64,000 nt of DNA from a virus (lineage: Duplodnaviria; Caudoviricetes). Position numbers and translations under genes: made by a program. The stretch spans positions 96,001-160,000 of IMG/VR virus record IMGVR_UViG_3300037295_000263; one strand, 5' to 3'. Below are positions 36,420 through 45,602 of the stretch, one piece after another. Position 1 is the stretch's first letter. The number at the start of each line of letters is the position of its first letter. The notes under the pieces are model-generated. The model searched no databases. It had not been told where the DNA came from and worked only from the letters and a program-made list of their open reading frames with translations.

Positions 36420-37011
36420 TAGTCTCTCCTATTATGTTTTTTACTACTTCAGTAGGCTGATCGTAGTGCCACTTTTTACGATTCTCCTCGCCTGTTATAA
36501 ACTGTATATTATTTCTTTTTCCTAGCAACACAGGATCTATTCCTAACTTGAATCCTTGCATTATAGGAATAATATGATCCAACTGCATATCAGACGGCAG
36601 CTTGCCTAGTATTGGAACATGATCCCCATTGCGTTTCATTTCTCTAATAGTCCTATATGTTTCGTATCTTACCTTACTACGATAAATCTTTAACAAATCA
36701 GTCTGTGGATTTTTTGGTCTTAAATTATTTGTTTTACCATTCCAATTAGGATTGCGTTCTCCTAAAATATATTGTCTCGCTAATTCATTTGGAATGCCTT
36801 TATTCCAACCCCGCCCTTTCTCTAATCCTGATGTATTCTGCTTTTCTTTTTGTTCTTTAGTAAGTTTAATACCTTTGTTCCAAGGGGTATGCCCGGGCCT
36901 GTTATTTGGATTCTTACAAGGTTGCGAACAATATAAATTAAATCGTGGACGAGTAGTAAACTCACCATCGCAATACAAACATTTTTTAATGATACCATAG
37001 TTACTTTTCAT
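36394..37011 (-). mobile_element. Free-standing HNH homing endonuclease with a Zn-finger and NUMOD3-like repeats
   Basis: CLYC...CSQPC; PWNKG/GWNKG/NPNWNG repeats; DHIIP...N...EENRKK; overlaps the iscU start by 26 nt. Confidence 0.7.
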
Positions 37012-37016
37012 ACAAC

Positions 37017-37024
37017 TATTTAGT
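37017..37024 (-). promoter_or_regulatory. Late promoter, leaderless configuration
   Basis: ACTAAATA-GTTGT-ATG. Confidence 0.65.
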
Positions 37025-37063
37025 ATCGTTGGCGCTCCCGCTATTACGAAAGTTTAACTTTGA

Positions 37064-37183
37064 TTATGTTACAACTACGATTAAATTTGTAACACGTTGC
37101 TGCAAAGATTTAGCCCAATCTGGCTGCGGCAAATTCCAACCTACAAATGCTCCAAGAACTATCCAAAATATTGTTTCTAACAT
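37064..37183 (-). CDS. 39-aa membrane peptide (absent from the ORF track)
   Basis: MLETIFWIVLGAFVGWNLPQPDWAKSLQQRVTNLIVVVT*; strong SD AAGGAGAAG. Confidence 0.65.
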   Translation of the reverse strand: MLETIFWIVLGAFVGWNLPQPDWAKSLQQRVTNLIVVVT

Positions 37184-37194
37184 TTTACTTCTCC

Positions 37195-38118
37195 TTATAA
37201 TAAACTACACAAGTTTTTAATAATACTCTTGCTAGTTTGTATTTCGTTTATATAATTTATGCCTTTTCCTGCAAATACATGTCCTGCAGTACCGGTTTTT
37301 ATACCTTGTACAAGACCTTCGGTGTTATTTTCTTTATTTTGATCAATGTTACTAAAAACTAGAGCATTTTGATTCAAATCATAGGTATCTAAGGTTTCGA
37401 TATTTTTAAAAGTAGACTCTATCATTCTTTTTTTTGTTTCAATACTAAGTATACTTTCTTGAGAAGCAGCAAATAATGTTCCTATTCCTACTGCTCCTGC
37501 TCCGCAATCTATTAATTGTTTCACTTCAACTGGAGATCCGACACCGCCACTTGCTATTATAAATTTGTCAGGATAGTTTTTTATAAACATTTCAGTTAAC
37601 ATCTGTAAAGTGTAGGTTTTATCAGATAACACACGTCCAGCACCGAGTGATCCTTTTACAATAATGCCGTCAAAATTTTCTTTAATATAGTTATTCCACT
37701 TGTTAGCAGAATCTAAAGGTGCAAACATTTTAGTAAGTAGCTTTATATTAGCAGATAACAGATCATCAATCAAGAATTTGACTTTTAAAAATTGTTCATT
37801 ATCTGCAAAAAAATTAACAAGAATTTCTACATATTTAATTTTGTATTCTTTAAAAATCGAAATTAAATAACTATGAGTTAATAAAAAATTATCATCGAGA
37901 CTAATAACTAAGTCATACTGATGGTGGTCAAATAAACTTAAATCATTTCTTAATTTTTCAACATTAAATATATTGTCATTTCTTGTAGATACATAATTAA
38001 AACAAGAAATGGTAGGAATTCCTCCTGCTTCAGCAACTGCAATAGCAAGAGTTATATCAGACACCTTATTCATACCAACTGCTACTATTGGATATTTTGA
38101 ATTAAATATTTTTGCCAT
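37195..38118 (-). CDS. Nitronate monooxygenase / FabK-like flavoenzyme
   Basis: PIVAVGM, AEAGGI, KGSLGAG, IASGG, GAVGIGTLF and FAGKG; start reassigned to 38118. Confidence 0.85.
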   Translation of the reverse strand: MAKIFNSKYPIVAVGMNKVSDITLAIAVAEAGGIPTISCFNYVSTRNDNIFNVEKLRNDLSLFDHHQYDLVISLDDNFLLTHSYLISIFKEYKIKYVEILVNFFADNEQFLKVKFLIDDLLSANIKLLTKMFAPLDSANKWNNYIKENFDGIIVKGSLGAGRVLSDKTYTLQMLTEMFIKNYPDKFIIASGGVGSPVEVKQLIDCGAGAVGIGTLFAASQESILSIETKKRMIESTFKNIETLDTYDLNQNALVFSNIDQNKENNTEGLVQGIKTGTAGHVFAGKGINYINEIQTSKSIIKNLCSLL

Positions 38119-38123
38119 AATTA

Positions 38124-38131
38124 TATTTATC
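38124..38131 (-). promoter_or_regulatory. Late promoter, leaderless configuration
   Basis: GATAAATA-TAATT-ATG. Confidence 0.65.
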
Positions 38132-38174
38132 GCTTTTTTTAAAGTGTAAATAATATACAAGGAGAATTAACACT

Positions 38175-38441
38175 ATGTTTAATTGGTTAAAAAAGTTATT
38201 TACAGGTGCTGAGCACACAGCAGCTGGTGCGGTAGGACATGTTCCGGCTGCGCCATACAAGGTAGAACCGCAACAGACGCATCAAGCAGAGGTACGTAAA
38301 GAAAAGCCTGTTAAACCGGCTGTTAAGCTGCAACAGTCTGTACCTAAAAAGTCAGCGCCCCTTAAGGCAAAGCCGGGTCCAAAAAAAGCAGGTAATGGTT
38401 CTAAGCCAAAAGTGAAATCACACCCACCACGTGCTAAGTAA
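38175..38441 (+). CDS. Small basic Lys/Pro-rich protein
   Basis: SD AAGGAGA; TGTAAATA at 38145-38152. Confidence 0.7.
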   Translation: MFNWLKKLFTGAEHTAAGAVGHVPAAPYKVEPQQTHQAEVRKEKPVKPAVKLQQSVPKKSAPLKAKPGPKKAGNGSKPKVKSHPPRAK

Positions 38442-38450
38442 ATTTTTAGC

Positions 38451-39455
38451 TTACGCTAGAAGGGCGTGAGCAGCAATGTTCTTTCCTTTGCTCTCCGCCA
38501 TTATATCAAAGTAGTCTCGAAAACTTAGTGCCCATTCATTAACTGCTGTATTCCAGTAGAATTCCGAATGTGCTCTGAGCTTTTGCTTTTTGTAACCAGC
38601 AGCTAATAGCGCAGGCATATCCGGTAATGTGTTAGGGCAGTGATCTACCAATACATTTTCTCTGCTAACACTATAATGCATAACAGGACGAACACCGCGC
38701 CAGGAATCCCGTACACGCTTAACGCTATCCGAATTTGGGTCAATATATTCGCCTTCTCTGCACCAGTTGTGGTGAACATCAAGAACAATAGGCACAATAT
38801 CACTAATACTGAGACAATCATCTAATCCCCATGAGTTTTCTTCGTTTTCGATTGTGATACAGTTTCTCGCTTCATTAGAAAGTCTAGGATACGCTGCTCT
38901 AATACCATCTGGGCCGAGTCGGCCGCTAATGTGTACATTGATTTTAAAGTCTTGAAAAGTTCGTCCATATCCCATCCACCTTGCCATATCAGCATGATAC
39001 TCAAATTCTTCTATACTCCTATTTACAATATCAGGAGTTTCGCTTGCCAAAACAGTAAACTGGCCAGGGTGGAAAGAAAGACGTACATTAAGCAGTCTTG
39101 CACTAGCACCCACTTGCTCAAAATGCCTAGACGCATATTCTTGTACGTCATTACGACGCCAGAAATAGCTAAAATCAGGCTGAGTATATACAGGCAAAAT
39201 ATCACTGCCAAGCCGAACCATTCTAAATTCATCAGGTAATTCTCCCACGCGGTTTACCAGCAGTCTAATACTTTCTATGTTTTGAACCATTAAATCCCAC
39301 AGCTTTTGTTCAGCTTCGTCGCGAGGTTGCCGCTTGAGCCAAGCTACTGTAGTACCACCCGTATTATATTTCTTACAGTCGTCTGTAGGTTTGATACCGT
39401 TAATTTGATCTACAGTATCAATCCACTTACAGGCAAATCCAATTTTGTTAGTCAT
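38451..39455 (-). CDS. uvsE: UV damage endonuclease (UvsE/UvdE)
   Basis: KIGFAC, RLSFHPGQF, NVHISG, TIENEE, LDVHH and HYS motifs. Confidence 0.93.
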   Translation of the reverse strand: MTNKIGFACKWIDTVDQINGIKPTDDCKKYNTGGTTVAWLKRQPRDEAEQKLWDLMVQNIESIRLLVNRVGELPDEFRMVRLGSDILPVYTQPDFSYFWRRNDVQEYASRHFEQVGASARLLNVRLSFHPGQFTVLASETPDIVNRSIEEFEYHADMARWMGYGRTFQDFKINVHISGRLGPDGIRAAYPRLSNEARNCITIENEENSWGLDDCLSISDIVPIVLDVHHNWCREGEYIDPNSDSVKRVRDSWRGVRPVMHYSVSRENVLVDHCPNTLPDMPALLAAGYKKQKLRAHSEFYWNTAVNEWALSFRDYFDIMAESKGKNIAAHALLA

Positions 39456-39658
39456 GCTTTTTTAATCATCTTAAAAAGACTATGATACGAATTTTTACAC
39501 TGCTGAAGTGCCCATGGCACTTGCCGGAGTGGAATATCGTCAACAACTTGATTTATATCTTTGTCTAGATTAGTCGGTGAGTACATGAGTTTGAACACCC
39601 TGTGGTTATGTGTTGATAATTTGCTAAGAAAATTTTTAATTTGTTCACGGCTTGTCAT
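39452..39658 (-). CDS. Hypothetical protein
   Basis: 68 aa; overlaps the uvsE start (ATGA). Confidence 0.65.
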   Translation of the reverse strand: MTSREQIKNFLSKLSTHNHRVFKLMYSPTNLDKDINQVVDDIPLRQVPWALQQCKNSYHSLFKMIKKA

Positions 39659-39664
39659 GTATCT

Positions 39665-39693
39665 ATTTTAGCATCGATATTGCCGATTGTCAA
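39665..39693 (-). promoter_or_regulatory. Sigma70-type promoter for the uvsE operon
   Basis: TTGACA-17 nt-TAAAAT. Confidence 0.75.
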
Positions 39694-39726
39694 AATTCTT
39701 TTATGTAAATAAATGAAGAGGGCATT

Positions 39727-40164
39727 ATGCAATTTAAAGAAACACAAACTCGCACAATAGCTAAAGTTATTTCGTGGAGAGTTTTTATTACCTTAAGTCA
39801 TTTTATAAATGCATTGATAGTAACAGGAAGTATTGCAGTTGGTTTACAGATTGCAGGTTTAGCAACTGTTATCAACAGCGTATTATTCTGGACACATGAA
39901 AGGGTATGGAATTATTTTCAATGGAATAGGAAAAAAGATACACTTTTGAAATTTAACGAAGGGTACCCTAGATCGGTAAGCAAGATTGTTTCTTGGAGAA
40001 TATTGATTACATTTAGTAATTTTTTAATTCCTTTTATTATTACAGGCAGCTGGGGATCAGCAGTAATGTTTGCCGGGATGGCTACTGCGGTTAATATAAT
40101 AATTTACTGGAGTCATGAAAGATTGTGGAACTGGTTTAAGTGGGGCAAAGTTGTTTTAAAATGA
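39727..40164 (+). CDS. Membrane protein with two DUF2061-like repeats
   Basis: RTIAKVISWR...HERVW and RSVSKIVSWR...HERLW. Confidence 0.8.
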   Translation: MQFKETQTRTIAKVISWRVFITLSHFINALIVTGSIAVGLQIAGLATVINSVLFWTHERVWNYFQWNRKKDTLLKFNEGYPRSVSKIVSWRILITFSNFLIPFIITGSWGSAVMFAGMATAVNIIIYWSHERLWNWFKWGKVVLK

Positions 40165-41324
40165 CACCCATTAATAAAAAATTAGGATATTACACAGTAG
40201 ATAGTTTAGAGTTCGATTCTAAGATTCGAGCATGTTTGTATGCATCCTGTGAAAATAAAGAAGTACAATGGCATTTTAATAATAAATGTTTTGAAAATTA
40301 CGATTGGAGTGTAGAACCTGATTACACGCTTGACCAATTGTACGATAAAAGGACTAGAGAATTAAGAGAACAATACGACTATATTATAATTAGTTATAGC
40401 GGCGGCGCCGACAGTCACAACATTGTTGCAAGTTTTATTCGGCAAAACTTGCACATTGATGAAATTATTGTAAACACGATGAAACAGCTTACTGATAAGT
40501 CTACTATTCTAGATTGTAATGTAAAAAATGCTGAAAATGCTGCTGCGGAATATGACCTTCAAACAGTACCAAGATTAAAAGAAATTAGTGCCCAGTGTCC
40601 TAAAACTAAAATCAGTGTGTTAGACATGTCCGACTATCTGTTAAAGTCTTGGTTAGAGATTGGAAATGCTAGTTGGATAATGGACAAACGCGAAGGCCTT
40701 AATCCTCTCAATGTAACTAGATTTAATTATATACACTTTAACAAGGTTCGAAAACAATTCGACAAGAGTAAATCGATTGCACTGATATTAGGCGTCGAAA
40801 AACCTAGAACTACTATCGGGCCTGACAATAAATTCTTTATTTCATTTTCTGACAGAGCAACAAATATAGTAACAATTGCAGAGCATGTAAAAGAATATAC
40901 AAATTCTACAGTAGAATATTTTTATTGGAGTCCGCAAGGCGCCGATATCGTATGCAAACAATCCCATGTTATTAAACAATGGCTAGAACAAGATACCAGT
41001 AGATGGCCACTATGGGACAGGAATTGTAACAACAATGTATATAGATTGTACCATGAAAGAATTTTACGACCATTAATTTATACTACTTGGAAAGACGAGT
41101 GGTATCAAGCCGACAAGGCTACAAAAGATTGGTATAGTGAATTTGACTCTTGGTTTATTAACGGACACAATGGCACTACGCAGCATAGAATATGGCTAGA
41201 CGGTATCGTATATATGCAAAAACATGCTAAAAAGTTTGTAAGCAATCATAATGGAATTAATGATGGACTACTAGTATTTGCCCATCATTATTTTGTAGAT
41301 TATATGAAAGACTATGCACGCTAA
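40161..41324 (+). CDS. PP-loop (adenine nucleotide alpha hydrolase) enzyme
   Basis: ISYSGGADSHN PP-loop; start reassigned to 40161. Confidence 0.7.
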   Translation: MTPINKKLGYYTVDSLEFDSKIRACLYASCENKEVQWHFNNKCFENYDWSVEPDYTLDQLYDKRTRELREQYDYIIISYSGGADSHNIVASFIRQNLHIDEIIVNTMKQLTDKSTILDCNVKNAENAAAEYDLQTVPRLKEISAQCPKTKISVLDMSDYLLKSWLEIGNASWIMDKREGLNPLNVTRFNYIHFNKVRKQFDKSKSIALILGVEKPRTTIGPDNKFFISFSDRATNIVTIAEHVKEYTNSTVEYFYWSPQGADIVCKQSHVIKQWLEQDTSRWPLWDRNCNNNVYRLYHERILRPLIYTTWKDEWYQADKATKDWYSEFDSWFINGHNGTTQHRIWLDGIVYMQKHAKKFVSNHNGINDGLLVFAHHYFVDYMKDYAR

Positions 41325-42234
41325 CAACTTAGATATTGGAATTAATTTTGGTTTCGAAGATAATAAGTTCTATGTAGAATACAGGTCCTGTGGGTATACG
41401 GTCGGAAATCTTCGACAAGAATTTGATAAAAGAGCAAGGCAATTGTACAAAATTAGTGATAAATTAATGTTAGGCATTAGTTCGGGCATGGATAGTCAAG
41501 CAGTTATGCATAGTTTTTGTAGTCAAGACTTGCATATTAAATATGCATTTTTATATATGCCAGGTTACAACGAAATAGAATTTCAGCAATTACAAATACT
41601 AATTAAAAAATATTCTATAGACCCATTCATTATAGAATTAGATCCTGCAGCACTTAAAGACGAATTAATAAACGAATTCAATTTAACTGGGATCGCTCCT
41701 AATCAACAATTGCATCGAAAATTTCTAAGTATGTTGCCTTCGGAAAATGATTTTATTCAGGGAATTCACGGCCCTGATTTCTTTTTTAAAGACAATACAG
41801 TATTCATCGTGGAGACAGCCAATTCTTTAGAGCTATCGAGGTTACTGGCATTTCAAACTCTTAATCGAAAAGGATCAATTATAGGGTGGGAAAGAACTAG
41901 CGAAATCTTAACTAGTTTGTTAACCGATGATGTTGTTACTTCTTTCATATATTCGTATAATTACATATCAAAAAATAGATTAGTATATGACGATGGCCAG
42001 CAAATTCCACTTATTGATTATTGGGATTTGTATATTAAACCCTATGTCTATGGAAAATATTGGAAAGATGAATTGGAATATTTTCCAAAATATCAAGGAT
42101 GTGAAGAAATAGATTGGATAATGAACAGTAGATGGCACGACTTTGGAAAGAATCGAGTAGCAATATCTTACGACCTTTTAATCCAACATCTTACTTCAAC
42201 AGTAAACGGTAGTAAAAAATTTTACGAATCGTGA
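41314..42234 (+). CDS. Divergent PP-loop protein
   Basis: LGISSGMDSQ after RQEFDKRARQL, paralleling the upstream gene. Confidence 0.6.
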   Translation: MHANNLDIGINFGFEDNKFYVEYRSCGYTVGNLRQEFDKRARQLYKISDKLMLGISSGMDSQAVMHSFCSQDLHIKYAFLYMPGYNEIEFQQLQILIKKYSIDPFIIELDPAALKDELINEFNLTGIAPNQQLHRKFLSMLPSENDFIQGIHGPDFFFKDNTVFIVETANSLELSRLLAFQTLNRKGSIIGWERTSEILTSLLTDDVVTSFIYSYNYISKNRLVYDDGQQIPLIDYWDLYIKPYVYGKYWKDELEYFPKYQGCEEIDWIMNSRWHDFGKNRVAISYDLLIQHLTSTVNGSKKFYES

Positions 42235-42683
42235 TGTTTAAAGGTATTAAACAATTTATCCCAAATAGGAAAAAACAATCCGTAATTTTTTTCCGGATTA
42301 CTATGGTGAACCAAGTGGGATTTGCCACTAGTTAATACAGGATATAAATCAAACGTTATATCGTGTTCTATTCTTTCTTGAATTATTGCGGCCCAGCAAT
42401 AATAAAATATCGAAATCCACCATTGCCCAGTTAGTATCGAGAATACCAACGTAGGAATTACTTCAGTCAACCATAAATCAATAGTGCTGTTCATTGTATC
42501 ATTAAACAGAAACAAATTATTCCAGTGCCATGTACTTTGATTCTTTTTAGTTTTTAATGAAACAGAGATGAATTTATGGTGATCTCTATGATAGTTTAGT
42601 AAAAATTTATTTGCATGAGCAGCTCTATGAATCCAATATAAAATAAAAGTCCATAATACAAAATAAAAAATATACTCAATCAT
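42222..42683 (-). CDS. Fatty acid hydroxylase / sterol desaturase-like membrane enzyme
   Basis: YWIHRAAH, YHRDHH, RIEHD and HLVHH His boxes; NYGLFFPIWDKLF. Confidence 0.8.
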   Translation of the reverse strand: MIEYIFYFVLWTFILYWIHRAAHANKFLLNYHRDHHKFISVSLKTKKNQSTWHWNNLFLFNDTMNSTIDLWLTEVIPTLVFSILTGQWWISIFYYCWAAIIQERIEHDITFDLYPVLTSGKSHLVHHSNPEKNYGLFFPIWDKLFNTFKHHDS

Positions 42684-43187
42684 TTAACTGAATAAATCCT
42701 CGTTCCATTCTCTATGTCCTTCTCGGAAAGCCATGTTACTTTGTGTTTCGCGAACTTCCACACGATAACACCATAAGCGTTCTGCTTCAGAAGGACCCCA
42801 CATATCTGGAATATAAACACCATTTACATATTTGTACAGCATATCGGCTAATCCTTCGCACCCTAATTTTGGAAGAATTGTTAGTTTAGCTAATTTCTTT
42901 TCTTGTAATAACTTGTAGGTATCTAATTCTGGATCGTCTTCTGCTACTAACAATGTGTGATCGAATTGGTTCTCTAAGATTCCTTTGAGTTCTTTAAGAC
43001 CTCCGTAGTCAGCTGCCCAGTTTCTAACATCCAGACTGTCTGTTCCAAAATAAAACTTCATGCTAAAACTGTAGCCGTGAATCAAATTACAATGGCTGTC
43101 GGCTCTCCACTGTCTATATGCAACAGGAAATGCATCGTGATATTCTTTAGTGCTGGTATATTTGTATTGTCTTGATTGATTTGCCAT
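42684..43187 (-). CDS. queD: 6-carboxy-5,6,7,8-tetrahydropterin synthase QueD / PTPS
   Basis: HCNLIHGY, DYGGLK, FDHTLL and VRET; start 43187 after AAGGAGA. Confidence 0.85.
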   Translation of the reverse strand: MANQSRQYKYTSTKEYHDAFPVAYRQWRADSHCNLIHGYSFSMKFYFGTDSLDVRNWAADYGGLKELKGILENQFDHTLLVAEDDPELDTYKLLQEKKLAKLTILPKLGCEGLADMLYKYVNGVYIPDMWGPSEAERLWCYRVEVRETQSNMAFREGHREWNEDLFS

Positions 43188-43194
43188 CTCTAGT

Positions 43195-43261
43195 CTCCTT
43201 AATGGTAGCAAGTTTGACGGCTGCAGAGTATTTAAAGTGGGTTGAAGCCATAAAGTCCACT
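43195..43261 (-). ncRNA. Candidate cis-regulatory pseudoknot (preQ1-I-like) in the queD leader
   Basis: P1 AGTGG/CCACT; loop ATGGCT pairs with downstream AGCCGT; loop ends AAC; tail TTAAATA; SD follows. Confidence 0.4.
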
Positions 43262-43280
43262 GGTTGTATTTAACAATAAT

Positions 43281-44444
43281 TTAAACTACTTTCAACAATA
43301 CAGTATCCTCGTTAATTCTGCCATTCAATTTAATGTCAACTGCATTAATATCTTCAAGGAACTTTCTTAATTGGACTTTGCCCATAGAGTTAAAAGACTT
43401 TAGCTGTTCTGCAGGCTTTCTTAATGTTTTTTGTAAGCTCTTTTCCACATCAAAATTAATAATAGTTGTGCCTTTAACACTCAAATCACTAAATTCAGCA
43501 GCAATGTATTTTCCAATTTTTCTAGTTTTAGTATTATAGATCCAAAGTTCTTTAGAACCCACTACATCCAATGGATTAACCGAAACTAATTTTAAACCAG
43601 TATCGGTCTTTTTAAATTTAAGTTTAGCAATTAATTTATCTTTGCTCACTGATTTTACTGCACGGGGCTTTCGATTTATCTTAGCTTCTTGTCCTAGCAT
43701 TTCGCAAGCACTAATAATTTCGTTGTAAAAGTCTAAAATCTTTTTAAGATTCTTTTTGCCAAGATGTTCGTACGCTTCTTTCAGTGTTTCGTCTTTTTTA
43801 TTGGTATATGCTTCTTGCAATTCTTGTTGGTTGTTCTTATACAGCCCTTGAATAATCCGAGCATGCGCTGCTTTAACTTGCCGACTCCTCAAGAGATTTA
43901 CTAATTTAAATGATTTAGGATCGAATGTTTCTGGATCTTTCTGAAATAACTCAATAGCATCTTCAATTTCATCAGTCATCCTTAAACTAGATTCGCGTAA
44001 CCGTTCTTGAATACTAGGAGTATAAGTAGGCTTACTATCTACTACCACTTCTTCTGTATCGTTGATCCCTTCTTTGAGTACTTCATCTATTTCTTTTTTC
44101 AACCACTCGGCAGAGTTTTTACTTTGATTAAATTCTTCTCTCGAATCTGGCATACCACGTAACAAGTTACTAGCAACAGCACCCATAGTGCCACTGCACC
44201 GATAGTCTTTAGTGGATTTGAATTGTTTAATAGTATCCTTAGAGTATTCAACACGACTCATCCAATTAATTACCCGGCTTTTTAGTTCAGCAGATTTATG
44301 ATTAATGTGATAATATTTCATAGCCTCATGAAAGAAACTAAAGAACACTTCATTATTCCATGTTTCATGACCAGCCCAATTAGGACTAGGATCTTTAATT
44401 CGAATTGCACGTGCTTCTGCTGCCTTTGCTGATTTAACTGCCAT
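43281..44444 (-). CDS. Hypothetical phage protein
   Basis: 387-aa ORF; no motif assigned. Confidence 0.8.
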   Translation of the reverse strand: MAVKSAKAAEARAIRIKDPSPNWAGHETWNNEVFFSFFHEAMKYYHINHKSAELKSRVINWMSRVEYSKDTIKQFKSTKDYRCSGTMGAVASNLLRGMPDSREEFNQSKNSAEWLKKEIDEVLKEGINDTEEVVVDSKPTYTPSIQERLRESSLRMTDEIEDAIELFQKDPETFDPKSFKLVNLLRSRQVKAAHARIIQGLYKNNQQELQEAYTNKKDETLKEAYEHLGKKNLKKILDFYNEIISACEMLGQEAKINRKPRAVKSVSKDKLIAKLKFKKTDTGLKLVSVNPLDVVGSKELWIYNTKTRKIGKYIAAEFSDLSVKGTTIINFDVEKSLQKTLRKPAEQLKSFNSMGKVQLRKFLEDINAVDIKLNGRINEDTVLLKVV

Positions 44445-44472
44445 TATTATACTCCGTAGTTAAGATGTACAT

Positions 44473-44501
44473 AGTGTACTATAAAATTTATTTACTGTCA
44501 A
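44473..44501 (-). promoter_or_regulatory. Sigma70-type promoter
   Basis: TTGACA-17 nt-TACACT. Confidence 0.65.
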
Positions 44502-44503
44502 TA

Positions 44504-45034
44504 TTAGAACTTTTCCCAGTCGCCTCCAGGCGCAAGAACCCAACCTAATGTTTTTAAGTCAGTTCTGATTTCTTCTGTTACACATCCTTCCGGTATACTT
44601 GTATTTTTTGAATCACTAGGATCATAGTTGTGTGACATGCCCGAGCAATACCAATTGATGTAATCGCCTTCTTGCCTCATATCTGCAACAACGCCGCCTG
44701 CATACCTCCAGCTAAATCCCACAGTGTCTTCTTTAAGGATAGAAATTACATCTAATTTTTGAAAACTGTTATTACAAAACGCGGCATATAGACTTTGCGA
44801 ATACACCTCGCTAGTTCGTACTTTTTCTAAAATCCAGTCAGTGGTTAGTAAGTCGTATTCAAGATTATTTTCTCGAGAAGCTGGGTCTGAAAATTTATTT
44901 TTATGTTGGGTAATAACTTTGTCAAACATGTCTACATATTCTTGACTAACTGGCTCATTTTTTTCTTCTTTACGTTTCATGTAATTTGCTTTTTGAAAAG
45001 TAAATCTATCAGGACTTGTTGAATGATTGGACAT
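44504..45034 (-). CDS. Hypothetical protein
   Basis: 176-aa ORF in the minus-strand array. Confidence 0.75.
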   Translation of the reverse strand: MSNHSTSPDRFTFQKANYMKRKEEKNEPVSQEYVDMFDKVITQHKNKFSDPASRENNLEYDLLTTDWILEKVRTSEVYSQSLYAAFCNNSFQKLDVISILKEDTVGFSWRYAGGVVADMRQEGDYINWYCSGMSHNYDPSDSKNTSIPEGCVTEEIRTDLKTLGWVLAPGGDWEKF

Positions 45035-45335
45035 CGGTAACTGCCTGCTTGATAGTTTCTGCGTAAGTCAATGCCTGCTGTTCGTTCATAACTAACGTAT
45101 TTTCAAACTTTGCAGAACCTGTAGTTAACAACTGCCAAATGTAGTGCCATCTTGAGCGGTCCCAAAAAGCAGTTCGTACAGTGGTATAGATTGTAACGTT
45201 TACTGAATCGTCAGTCTCAATGTCAATTGTATGCGTATGCTCGTCGTCACCGCACTGGCATACTGCCTTGTACATTTTTGATGTTCCCCAATCGTTTACT
45301 AATAAAATTCCTTCTGCTGGCTTTTGTGGTTTCAC
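45009..45335 (-). CDS. Hypothetical protein
   Basis: 108 aa, GTG start; CQC...H motif. Confidence 0.7.
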   Translation of the reverse strand: MKPQKPAEGILLVNDWGTSKMYKAVCQCGDDEHTHTIDIETDDSVNVTIYTTVRTAFWDRSRWHYIWQLLTTGSAKFENTLVMNEQQALTYAETIKQAVTDVQSFNKS

Positions 45336-45362
45336 TATACTGCCCTTGAGTTAAATGTAAAT

Positions 45363-45602
45363 TTATTGATAGTAATTCGGTGGTGCATTTATAATTTTAA
45401 CATCACCTCGTAAATCCGAAATACGGTCTACAATGTTGTTATAACCTTCTTCCGATAGCACAGTTTTATAAAGAGTTAGTGCGTGAGTCATTAAAATTGC
45501 AGCTATTTCAATAGGGTTATTTTCTTCCATCTTTGTAGCATGAAAATCCCAGTAATCACTGCTAAGATCAGTTAGTTCTGCGTTGTCTGTGTCTATATTC
45601 AC
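45363..45602 (-). CDS. Hypothetical protein
   Basis: 79-aa ORF. Confidence 0.65.
   Translation of the reverse strand: MNIDTDNAELTDLSSDYWDFHATKMEENNPIEIAAILMTHALTLYKTVLSEEGYNNIVDRISDLRGDVKIINAPPNYYQ

Noticed and set aside
37029-37220. Plus-strand 63-aa ORF
   Set aside because: It overlaps the better supported minus-strand 39-aa membrane peptide, which has a strong SD.
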